Below, one piece after another: positions 23,101-34,551 of a stretch of DNA of 43,711 nucleotides. Under the pieces are notes generated by a model. It did not search any database and had not been told where the DNA came from. It was given only the letters and a program-made list of their open reading frames with translations. The translations under genes and the position numbers were made by a program. The DNA comes from Rhizaria sp. SCN 62-66 (taxonomy: Eukaryota). The stretch spans positions 1 to 43,711 of the forward strand of contig MEDY01000260.1 of NCBI GenBank assembly GCA_001724265.1. The letters run 5' to 3'. Position 1 is the stretch's first letter, and each line of letters begins with the position of its first letter.

Positions 23101-26100
23101 AAGCCAGCGACCCTGACGCAGGGACAGAGGCCACAGAGCCGGCGGAGGCCGAGGCGGAGGACGCGGCAGGCGGCGACGGCGCGAACGGACCGTGCAGCCC
23201 GTGACCGAGACCAAGACTTTGGCCGTAAGCGCCGTGGCCGTAGTTGAGTGAGGCGCGCGCGAGGATGAGGTCGACAGTGCGGTGCGCCTCCACTGCGATC
23301 GCGCCGTCGCGCGCGGACATGCCCGGCACGGACACCGCCATCGGCGCCACCACGGGTGCCAGAGCGCGCGCGCGCGGCACCGGCGAGCCTGCCTTGGCCG
23401 CCGCAGCCGCAGACGACGACGGCGCCGGTGCTGTCGCCGCCGCCGCAGCGGCCGCCGCGGAGGCAGCGGCTGCAGCGGCGACGCCGGCGGGGTCTGCGAC
23501 TGCGAGCGCGAGCACGCGTTTGACTGACGCGGGGGTGGCGGCCACCATGCGCGTCGCACGGCCGATCGGTGAGTGCGCGGCCGAGTCCGCCTCGGCGGAA
23601 GCGGCCGCGGCGGCGGCGACGGCGGCCTCGGCCATCACCGCAGCGGCAGCGGCGGCCGAGGCGGCCGTGGCCGTGGGCACCGCGTCGATGACGATGTGCT
23701 GCGGGACCAGACGGCCGCGTGTCGCCGCCGGCGGGGACTTGCCCGCAGCGCTGGCGCCCGCAGTAGCAGTGCCCGTGGCAGAGGCAGTTGAGGTGGCGGG
23801 GGCGGGGGCGGGGGCTGTGGTGTGCGGGCTGGCGATGAGCGCGCCGGGTCTGTTGGCGAGGACGATCGAGAACGACGGCATCCGACCCAGCGCGGACTCC
23901 TCGCCGGCACCACCAGCACCGGCACCGGCCGTCGCATCGCCGCTCTCGCCCGCGCCCGCACCCGCGTCCGTGCCGTCGGCGGCCGCCGCGTCGAGCGACT
24001 GGTCGGGCAGCCTCTCGCCAAAGTAGAACGGCCCCCCCGCCGCCGCGGCCCCGCCCGCCTGCGCATGCGCCGCCGCCTCGGCCTCGGCCGCCGCCGCCGC
24101 CTCCGCGGCCGCGGCCTCGGCGGCCTCTCGCGCGCGCCTCTGCGCGCGCAGCGCGGCGTTGCGGGCCTTGCGCGCAGCGTCGGCGACGACGTCCGCAGCC
24201 TTCTCGTCGGCCTCGACGACGTCGACGAGCTCCTGGAACGGCACCTCGCGCGCGACAATCTCCCATAGTACGCAGGCGAGGGAATACACGTCCGCGGCCG
24301 TGGAAAAGGCCTCGAGGCGCATGAACTCCGGCGCCAGCCAGTTGACGGCCTCGGGAATCGTCAGCGCGCGCCGCCGCGTCCGCAGCTGCTGCCGCAAGCG
24401 CTGCTCCTGGCGCCGGCGCAGGCGCGCGCGCGCGCGGCGGCGCGCCTTGACGGCGAGCGTGCTGCAACATGCGCCGCAGCCGCCGGAGGACGGCTTGGCG
24501 GCCGCGGGGGAGGCGCGGGAGCGGCCGGGTGCCACGGAAGCGCCGGTGCTGCTGCGCTTCATGTTGTTGTTCCCGCCGCCGCCGGAGCTGCGCGGCGACC
24601 GGGCGTTCGCCCCCGCCGTGCCGGTGACGGTGCTGCCGGCGGAGAGGTTGGAGCCGGCGCCGAAGGACCCTTCGGAGCTGAAGCGGTCGAGCTCGCCGTC
24701 GCTGGCATTGCCGGGGGTGTCGTCGTCGTCGCCACTGCTGTCGCTGCCGTCACTTTCACCGCCGCCGCCGCTGTTGTTGTTGCCGTCGTCGCTGCTGCTG
24801 GAGCTGGAGTCCTCCATGCCCAACGCCAGCCGCACGTCCGGCAGAGGCTCCTCCCCGCCCGCGCCGCGGCCGCTCGCGCCGCCGTCGTCGTCGCCGTCGT
24901 CCGCGCGCGCCACACACGGGCAGCAGGAGCAGCGGCGGATGCGGAAGCCGACGCCGCCCCAGAGGTCGCCCGCGCCGCACCACGCGCACGCGCACAGCGA
25001 CGCGAACGCCAACCGGCAATAGGAGCGCGATCCGCAGCAGATGGAGTTCTTGCCAGCGTGGCCACGCTTGCGCTTGAGCTCGTCGCCCCCGCTGTGCAGG
25101 TGGTGGTGGTGGTGGTTCTGCCGCCGGTGGTGCTGCGCGCCGGTGCTGCGCCGCTTACCTCCCGCTGCTTTCCCGCCGTTATTAGCGGTGGTCGCGGTGT
25201 TCTCGCTGGCGTTGCCGGTGGCGCTCTGCACGAGGGCCCCGCTGCTGGTGTTGCCCACCGACGAGCGCCCACCGCCGCCGCCGCCGAGGCCGGTGTTCTG
25301 CCGGCTCTGCGAAGAGGGGTTGCGCCGGTGCCGCGCGCCGCCATTGCTGCCGCCGCGTCTGTGCCCGCCGCCGCCGCCGCCGCCGTTGGTGGTGGTGGCG
25401 GTGCTGGCGCTGCTGAGGTTGCTGCCCGTGCTGTGCAGCGACTGCAGGCCCCCGCCGCCGCCGGTGTGGCCGACGACACCGCTGTTGTGGTCGCCAGCGA
25501 GACCGCTGCCGGCACTGGAGAAGCTGCTGATGTCAGCAGTGGCGGTGCCGGCGCCGGCGGCGGAGGCGGCGCCGGCGGATCGCGCGGGCTCGGGCTCAGT
25601 CGCGACAGCGACGTCTACGTTGACGTCTACAGGCGAGGGTGTCGGCGACGGGGCCTGGGCCAGTGAGTCGGGCGCGGTGGTGGCGAGAGTCGACGCGAAC
25701 TGGACGCGCTGGGAGCCACCACGGGGGCGCGCGCCAGCAGCGGCAGCGGCAGCAGCAGCAGCAGCGCCTGTGTTCGCACCAGCGTTGGCGTTACCGGTCG
25801 TGTTGCTGGTATCGTTGCCGCTATCGTTGCCGTAGCCGTTCGCGCTAGCGCTTGTGTTTGCGACGGTGTTTGACGTGGTGCTCGTATCGAACGAAGGGAC
25901 ACCGAAGAGAGTCGAGCTGAGACTGGAGCTGATGCTGTTGACAAAGCTGTTGTTGACAATGTTCGCGATTAAGCCGGTATTGGCGTTGTTGTTGATGTTC
26001 GCGTTACCGCTCGAGGTCTTGACCGAGACGTGGTTGTCGCTGTCCGAGCCGGTGCTACTCTCGAACTCGCTGCTCTTGGCGTCGACCTCGCTCTCGCTGT

Positions 26101-27762
26101 GAATCGCATCAACGGTGCGACCGTGGCGGTGGCCGTGAGAGCGGGCGCGAGTGCGCGTGCGCGTGTGGGGGATCGTGTTGCCGTCGTTGTCAACGGCATC
26201 GTTGCCTGCATTGCTGGTGACTGTGATGTTGTTCTCCACGTCGGCCTCCGCGTCGGAAACGGCCTCGACCTCCCACTGCCACAGCCCGCTCACACCGCCG
26301 CTGAGGGCGGCGTGTTGTGCGCGGTTGCTGCCGCCGCGCAGCTGGTGACCGTGAGCGCGACTGTAGCCGTGAGCGTGGCCGTGAGCGTGGCCGTGAGCGT
26401 GGCCGTGAGCGTGGCCGTGAGCGTGGCCGTGAGCGTGGCCGTGAGCGTGGCCGTGAGAGTGACCGTGGGCATGCGAGCGCGAGTGAACCGGGCAGTGACC
26501 ATGACCATGACCGTGACCGTGACCGTGACTGTGAGCGTGGTGGTTGTGGGGATGTAACGGCAACGGGGGCGCGGCCAAAGGCCCGCCACGCTTATTGCTG
26601 CTGCTCCTACTCGAGCCCTTATTCTTGTTCTTGCTCTTGTTCGCAGTGTCACTGTCGTCTTCAAGCGCAACGTCGCGCACGAGCGCGTCGCCGGCGCTGC
26701 CCCGGAGGCTGTATCCGTGCGTGTGCCGGTGACCGTGAGCACCACGTGTTCCGCGTGCACCCGCGGCAACGTCGCTGTCGTCGCCCTCATAGGTGCCGTC
26801 CGCGTCCTCGTCCTCGTCCTCGTCATCGTCGTCATAGTCTGCGAGGTCGGCCGTGGCCGCGGCAGCCGCGGCGGCCTCAGCCTCCGCCTCCGCGGCGGCC
26901 TTGGCGGCCGCCACGGCGGCCCGGGCGACGCCACGCGCGCTCAGCCCCGCGGCCGCCGCCGAGGCCGTGGCGGCCGCGACGGCGATCTCGGACTCGCTTG
27001 TCACAGCCGACAGCCCCACGTCGAACATCGCGGCCGTCGCCGTCGCGCTGGCGGCGGCAGCGGCGGCGGCGGCGGCCGAGGAGGAGGACGCCGACGAGCC
27101 GCTGCGGACGAGCGCGAGCGAGCGGCGCGGCAGCGACGGCGACAGCGACGGCGCGCGCCCCTGCTGCAGCTGCTGCTGGTGACCGACGCTGACGAAGCTG
27201 CCACGGCTGCGCCCGCCGAGGCTGAGCCCCAGCGACGGCACGCGCGCGAAGCTACCGTCGCTGCTACTGTGCACGAGAGCGCCGCCGGCCGCGAACGACG
27301 CGCGCCGCGGCCCCAGCGCGGACGGCGTGGCGGCGTCCAGGGGGCCGTGGGCGGTGTTGGTGTAGTTAGCAAGGCTGGAGCCGGGCCCGAAGCTCGGCGC
27401 GCGGGTGCTTGCCGACAGCGACTGCCGCGTGCTCGTGGAGTTGTTGTTCGCTGGAGCCGCGGTATTAGCGGCGACGGTGCGCTTGTTGTTGTTGCTAACA
27501 GCGTTACCAGTGGCGCCGCCGGGGGTGGCGGAGGGCGAGGACGCGGACTGCTGCTTTTGCAGCGACAGCGAGCTCAGCATAGGGCTCGACAAACTCGTCA
27601 CTAGCAAACCGCCGCCGTGGCCGTCGTCGTCGTCGTCATCGTCATCGCGATGGGTGACCCCGTCGAGGTCGATCTCAGCGGAAGCAGTCTTCTTCCCCTT
27701 CGCAGCGGCCTTCGCTGCGGGCTTGGCCGCGCTGGCGTTGGGCCCCAACTGGAGCCACTCGC

Positions 27763-27795
<33 letters not shown>

Positions 27796-30700
27796 CGTGC
27801 CCGACGCCGCCGTGCTTACCAACAGCTCCGGCGCCGTCGTCGTCGTCCTCGCCGTCGCCGCACTCCTCCTCGATGCGGCCGCCGCCGTCCCACCGCTCCG
27901 CGCGCGCCAGCGCCGGGCCCCGCGCCTTCCCGCCGGTCGACGCGTGAGAAGAAGCGGCTGCATTAGCGCCGGGGGCGCTGTGGCTGGGGACGAAGCCGCC
28001 GAGGCTGCTTGCGCTGGAAAGCCGGAAGAAAGCGGACCCGCGCGGCAGTCCCGGCGCACTGGCGCTCGCTACCACCACGCCACCGCCGCCGCTGTTGTTG
28101 TTAGCGTCACTGTGCATCCCGTGACCGTGGGCGGCGCTGTCGGCGTTGAAGTCGTATAAGTTGAGCCCAAGGTTGCTGCCGTCAGCGCCGCCACCAGCAG
28201 CAGCGCCGCTGGCGCTACCGTCGTGGTCGTAAGCCTGGTTGAACTCATTGCACCCGTCGCCGTTACCGCCGCCAAACTCGTCATCGTTGTCGCCGCTGTC
28301 GGGCTGGGGCGCGGGGTACATGTCGCCGTCTTCGTCCATCAGGAACCCGTCGACGCCTAGGTTCGAGTAGCGGTTTTCGCGGTTCAGCAGGAGCACGGCG
28401 GTTTTGGCCGCCGTGGACAGCTGCTCCAGCGCCAGGTAGGGCTGCGGCCACGGCCCCCACTCGCCGTGGTGGAAGACAAGCCGCCCCTCCTCCTCCTCCT
28501 CCTCTTCTTGCTGGTCACCGTCATCGTCAAACTCGTCCTCGTTCTCGTCGGCGTAGTCGTCGCCGTCAGCACTCCAGTCGCCGCCGTTGTCAACACCGGC
28601 GTACTCGTTGTCGTCGCCACCAGCATCGGCATTCTCGTTGTTTTTGTTCTTGTTCTTGTCTCCGAGACCGAGGCCGAGCGTGACGCCGTCCTCTTCTTGC
28701 TCCTCATCCTGGTTGCCACTCTCACTACCAGCATTCGCCTTCGCGGCGGAAGCTTGCTGTTGCTGTTGCTGTTGCTCCTCCATCTCAGCGGCGTTAGCGC
28801 TGGCGATGACACCCCCCTCGTGCCGCTGCGGGCGGCGGACAAACCCACGCCTCTGCCTCTGCGTCGGCCTCTGCGTCATCGCCGCCTCGCCACCGCCGTT
28901 GCCGTTGCCATTAGTGCCGTCAAAACCGCCCTCTTCGTCCGCCTCCGTCACGGTCACCAGCCGGCGAGTGCTTCCGGTCGCGTCCGCCTCCGCCTCCGCC
29001 TCCGATTGCGACTGGAGCTGAAGCTGGAGCTGCGCGTTGGCCGCCGCCGACTCCGCCGCCGCCGTGGCCGCCGCCGCCGCCGCCGCGAGCGCGGCGACGC
29101 GTCCGTGGCGTACCCACTCCGGCGCAAAGGCCGGGTGCCCGTAGAAGCTCAGGTGCTTCGGCGGCCGCGGCGGGACCACGATGGGGGCTGCACTGTGGGT
29201 CGCGCTGTGAGTGGCGCTGTGGGCGATGATCGAGAACTGGGAGGATAGGGACGAGTGGGACCCGCGAGAGGAGCCGGAGCCGGAGCCCAGGGCAGTGTTG
29301 CGGTGGCGTCGGCCCGAGCCAGAGCCCGCGCCCGCGCTCGAACCGGAGCCCTGAAGAGATGCAGCTTCGGCGCTGCCAGAGCCAGAGCAAGAGTGTTTCC
29401 CACCGCTGCCGTTGCTACTGCCGCTGCTGGCGACGCTGCCGCAGCCGCCAGCGCTGCCCTCGGCGGTATTGGGGTTGGAGCCGCGGGACCGCGCGCTGCC
29501 GGTCGAGCCGGCGACGCTGGCGGCGTCGCTGTCGGCCCCCGGCTCGTTACTATGGCGGCCGCCGCCGGCGTTGGCGCCGTTGAGCGGGGCGGGGTAAGGC
29601 ACGATGACTGTGGGCGGGGAGAGCAGGTGCAGGGTGATGTTGCTGCTGTTGCTGGGAAGTGCGAGAGCGTTGCCGCCCGCACAGCCGTCCGCGTTGTTGT
29701 TGACACTGTTGTTGTTGTTGCCATTGTTGTTGTTGACTCTGAGGCCGAGCGAGGACGAGCACACGAGTCCCGTAGCCGTGGCGGCGGCGGCGGGCAGCGG
29801 CACCGCGGTCGACACGCCGACCACAGTGCCCACGTCCACGGTCCCGGCGTCGTCGGCCATGCCCACGCACAGCGCCCCCGCCTCGCCCATGCTAAGGCTG
29901 TGCAGGTGCGAGTGCGAGTGGCCGACGCCGCTCTGGCTGGGCCCCAGGAACGACGCCGAGCCAGAGACAGAGGCCGAGACGGCGGCAGCGGCCAGCGCGC
30001 CGGCGTTCGCGGACGACCGGTCGTCGAAGCTCTGCACATCACTTGCACCAGTATTGTAACTGTTCGCGGCGTCGTCGTTGTTGTAGCCGCTCTGCTGCTG
30101 CTGCTGAATTTGCGACACAAACGATGCTGCGAGAGGCGCGTGAGTGATCGGCGCAACGGAAAACGCGTCCGCGCCCTCGAAATACACCGCACTCGCAGAG
30201 GACGGCATCTCACAGTGCGCCGCTTGACCGCCGAACGGGCCCTGGCTCTGGCCCTGTCCCAGCGCGGCCGCAGACGCCGACGCGGGGCCCGGCAGCGAGC
30301 GCAGAGAGCAGCCCATGACGGAGCCCGTCGCGGACAGCGCGCCGAGGCTGCTTGAGCTGGCGGGCTGGGCAACAGTGCTTCCGACACCGTCGCCGTTCGA
30401 CGCGGCGGCGGCAGTGGCGGAGAGTGTTGAGCTTGACTCGGACATCGACGAGATCGAGGATGCCGTGGGCAGGATGTACGGCCCCGCGGGCGCCTGGACC
30501 AGCGCCACGGACAGCGTGCCGTCACGGCGACCGTGGGCAGCGGAGTGACCGTGGGCAGCAGAGTGACCGTGGGCGGCGGTGCTGGTAACCACCGGCACGG
30601 GGGCTGGGCCCATCACGCTACGCACCTCAGTCGCACTGGAGCTGCTCGCGCCAGAGCCCGCGCCAGAGCTGTCAAAGTTGCTGTTAGTGTTGCCGTCGCC

Positions 30701-33700
30701 GTCGCCGAGCCCGGCCGCGCTCCAGTCGACCTGCGCGGGGTGCTCCAGCGGCGCGCCGAACGCGTGCGCCTGCACCGGCGGCTCGGCAGTCGCACCGTTG
30801 CTGTTGTTGCCGTTGTTGGGGGTGTTCGAGCTGAGGCTGCCGCGGCGCTTGCTCCCGCCGCCAGCCGACGGCAGCGGCGGCTTGTTGTTGCCGTTGATGT
30901 GGTTACTGTTGGTGTTGAGGTTGTTGAGGTTGACAGCGGCCGAGTCCGCCGCGAAGCCCACGGTGACGCCGCCCGCGGTGCGCAGAGCGGGCATGTCGTC
31001 GCTGCCCACGCCCGCCGCGCTCGCCTTGTACACAGCGGCACCACCGCCGCCGCTGCCGAGAGTGTCGCTGCTGAATAGGGCCATGTTGCCGTTGCCAGCG
31101 CCAGCGCCAGCGCCAGCGCCGGTGGGGTTGGGGTAAGCGGTGGCGTCGGTGCTGGCCGTTGTTGTGATCACAGCGTCACTCTGCCGCTGCTGCTGCTGCT
31201 GCTGCTGTTGCTGCTGTTGCTGCTGCTGCTGTTGTTGTTGCTGTTGTTGTTGCTGCTGTTGGGTCGTATTCGCGGGGCTGTTGGCGCCCGCGATGGTGGA
31301 CGCGGAGGCGACGAACCCGGCACCCTGGTTGCGGCACGCCGACGCCGGCACGGGCGCGTTTACGGCCTCGGTCGCAAGCAGGCGCGTCGATAGCTCGAGA
31401 TCGGCCAGCTTGACGATGCCGTCAGTGCCCAGCAGGAAGTTGCCCGACTTGATGTCCAGGTGGACCACGGGTCGGTGGCGGGAGTGTAAGAAAGCCACGC
31501 CGGCGCAGCAGTCGAGCGCCAGGCGCACCTGAGTCCGCAGCGAGAGCGGGACGCGGCAAAACGCGCGCGCTCCGGGCCCGTCCGCCGCCGCGCTCGCGCC
31601 CGCGCCGGAGCCGGCGGCGGCGGCCACGGCGGCCGCGGCCGCGGCGTCGGCTTGGTCGGCCCCCGCGGCGGCCGCGGCGAAGGTCGGCGCCGGGGCCGCG
31701 GCGGCCAGCGCGGCGGCCGTGTCCGACGGCAACAGGGAGAAAGGCTCCGACGGCGGGGGGCTGCCCGCCGCTGAGCCCGTGGAAGTTAAGCCGCCGCCAG
31801 TTAAGCCGCGTTTGCGTGAGGTGCCGGCTGTGGATGTCGCCGCCGCTGCCCCACTGGCGTTATTATTGTTGTTGTCGACGTCGTCCACGGTCACAGTCTC
31901 ATCACCATTGTGACCGTGACTGAGTGCAGTGCGATTGTTATTGTTATTAGCGCCGAGAGTCGCCATCTCGATCTCGGCACCGCTACCAGTCTCCTTCGAC
32001 TCGTCGTCGTTATCAATCGCAGAAACGGCAGCATGAGACTTTTTGTTCTTACGCTTGCCTTTCTTTCTCCCGCTCTTAACAACAGCTGCACCAGCAGCAG
32101 CAGCAGCAGTAGCATCAGCAGCAGCAGTATGAGCGTCTGCGTCAGCAACATGCTTGTCCTTCTGCTTCTTCCCACCTCCGAAGCACGGCAGACACCCAGA
32201 GTCAGAGCCGGCGGCACTGTCCCTGCCCCCCGCCTTCGTCCCTGAGGTCGGCGAGGCGACCGTGAGCGCGCCTGCTCCACCGGCGCCCTCTCCGCCGCCG
32301 TGGTCGCCGCTGCGGCCACTGCGGCCCCACCCGCGGCCGCGCCCCTTGGCCTCCGCCGCCGCGGCCTCGGCCTCGGCCTTGCGCTGCGCCGCCAGCCTGA
32401 TGGCGTGATCCACAGCGGCGACGGCGTCCTCTCCCTTGCCGTGGACGATTGCGAAGAGGGACGTCGCGCACAGCTCCATGACCATCGCCACGGCGGGCGG
32501 CATCACGCAGATGCCCTCAACGCCCACTACGTAGCGCGATCGTAGCGACCCCAACGCCGCGGCCTCGCGGTACAAGGAGTGCACGAGCCCGGCCGTGAGC
32601 TCCATCGCGTAGATGAGCTTGATTGCAACCGGCTTGCCCTTGTACCGGCCCTTGTACACGCGCGCAAAGCTGCCCTGGCCCAGCAGCTTCAGTCCGCCAC
32701 CACCGCCGCCACTAGAGCTAGAGCTTGAGGCAGCGTTTTCGTCGCCGTTGCTGTCGCCCTGCTGCTGCTGCTTGGAGTCGTCCGAGTCGATGATGAGCGC
32801 GTTGAAGTTGACCAGCGGCAGTCCCAGCGAGTCGGCGTGCGCGACGGTGGCCGCAACCGACGGCGCCATGGGGTTCTCCTCGAGCACTTCGGCGATGCGG
32901 CCCTTCTCGCCCGCCATGCCGACGTTGACGAAGCCGCGCATGTGGGCGTTGGTGGCGTCGTAGAGCGCGATGTTGACGGCGCCCTGCCAGTAGAGCGAGT
33001 CATCGCAGCACGCCTTGAAGATGGCCCAGGGCGACAGCGCGAGGAACAGGATCGACGAGGCGAAGGAGAAGCAGTAAGCCGAGTCGATGTTGCCGAAGCG
33101 GAGCAGCGTGGCGACTAGGTCGACGGTGTAGATGAAGGTCCAGTACGCGGCGTAGGGCCGCGCGGCGGGGCGGCGGAAGAGGCGCTTGTTGTCGGGGTAG
33201 AGCCAGACGACGAGGTAGAAGGTGCCAAAGATGAAGCTGTTGATGGACATAAACACGGTCGCCAACAGGTACTCGTCGTCGTCATTCACGTCGACGTAGT
33301 ACACGTACAGAAAGCGCATCGTGCTGTTGACGAGCCCCATGACGGTGGCACCCTTCATCGAGCGGATGTACGTCTTGCGGCCCGCGCCCTGCGACATGAG
33401 CACCAGGACCGTGGCGTCGAAGCAGAACTGGCGGAAAAAGCTCGCCACAGCCTCGGCCACTGCGGGCCCCGCGGTGTTGTCGTAGATGATACTGTAGGGC
33501 CAGATCTGCGAGATGACCAGCGCGATGGACAGAAAGATGCAGGTAAGCCACATGAGCCGTGAGTAGAGCGGCAGCAGCAGCGGCGTCGGCTTCGCGTCTT
33601 CGAGCCACCCGTTGGCCTCCCACCGCCGCTGCGCCCGGCGCGCGCGCAGCGCGGAGACGATGTTTAAGAGCGCGAGGAGGCCGAACTGGATAAAGTAGAC

Positions 33701-33787
33701 GAACAGCACAATCGTGCCCTGCTCAGGGTTCGACCGCACGGAGTCACCCGTGTAAAGCCGGCGGCACCGGCCGGCCACGGTCGACAT
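20153..33787 (-). CDS. 7-transmembrane receptor fused to a TKL-like protein kinase with huge low-complexity insertions (4544 aa, single exon)
   Basis: Seven hydrophobic helices in aa ~25-265 ending DSLYWQG. Kinase motifs in order: LGQGSFARVYKG..VAIK, REAAAL, MVMELC (~32443-32690); LALDCCAGVAFLH..VVHLDIKSGNFL..VKLADLE (~31390-31550); NWLAPE..ADVYSLACVLWEI...PF (~24235-24362); RPPLP..LAELIVQGW..EPSLRPT (~20490-20660). Confidence 0.92.
26366..26461. repeat. 12-bp tandem repeat GCCGTGAGCGTG (7 perfect copies plus 1 variant) encoding (HAHG)n on the - strand
   Basis: Read directly in the sequence; lies within a larger His-rich tract of the kinase ORF. Confidence 0.95.
31187..31261. repeat. CAG/CAA microsatellite encoding a 25-Gln tract in the kinase
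   Basis: 75 nt of CTG/TTG triplets on the + strand, about 45 codons after the DLE motif. Confidence 0.95.
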
Positions 33788-34551
33788 GTCGGGAGACAGA
33801 GAGAGTCCTACTTACGACCTGGCGGCGGCGGCGACGGCGGCGGCGGCGGCGCTGAAAGAGCGACGACGACTGCGGCGGCGCAACGTGGTAAGGATTGACC
33901 GGGCTGTGTGTAAGTGAGCGCGTGCGCTGTGCGACGGTGTGAAGCGACGCGACGACGAGTTAAGAAGAGTTCGCTCTTGCGTGATTAGTGTTCGAGTGCT
34001 CTGTCAGTCAGTCGCAGAAGCGAGAAGCAAGAGTTGTGTGAGGTCTGGGATAAACCGGAGGAGCGCTCGGATAGAGACGCTGCTGTGGTTGTGATGGGTG
34101 TCGCAAGAAAATCACAACAAGTGGGTTGTAAGCGGCGAGATCAGGGGAGGAAGGCGGGAGTGGAGAGGGATGTTACTCAAGTAGCGTCAGAGTCAACGTT
34201 CGGAGGTCAGCTGGTAGCCTTAACAGTAACATATAGAAACATAATTAAAGAATTAAATAAACATGCTCCTCTTATATCAGGGATAACTTCCTATTTTAAA
34301 ATATGACACTCAAATCTTGAGAAAATCTTACCCAAAAAAAGTCATCGATTTCTCCTCAAAGCCCCATCCTCCGCAGCCGGCTGGGCGAGGGCAAGGGTCG
34401 CTCCAAGGCTTGATCAGGACCAGAATAGAATTGTTTTTCTTTCTGCAATAAGCTCGTAGAATACGACCGCGGTTGAATTTTCAGCTGCAGTTTGATCTTG
34501 CTTTTTGGTCTCTTTGGTTTTACTCGACACAGTACAACCAACTTCGTCACG
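33788..34551. promoter_or_regulatory. Divergent promoter / 5'UTR interval
   Basis: 764-bp spacer between head-to-head ATGs at 33787 (-) and 34552 (+), with an AT-rich core at ~34220-34350. Confidence 0.35.

Noticed and set aside
26366-26461. Regular repeat as a CRISPR-like array
   Set aside because: Head-to-tail 12-mers with no spacers, inside a eukaryotic CDS.
24362-31394. Kinase inserts as inteins
   Set aside because: No HINT blocks, no terminal His-Asn followed by Cys/Ser/Thr, and no homing endonuclease motifs at the junctions.
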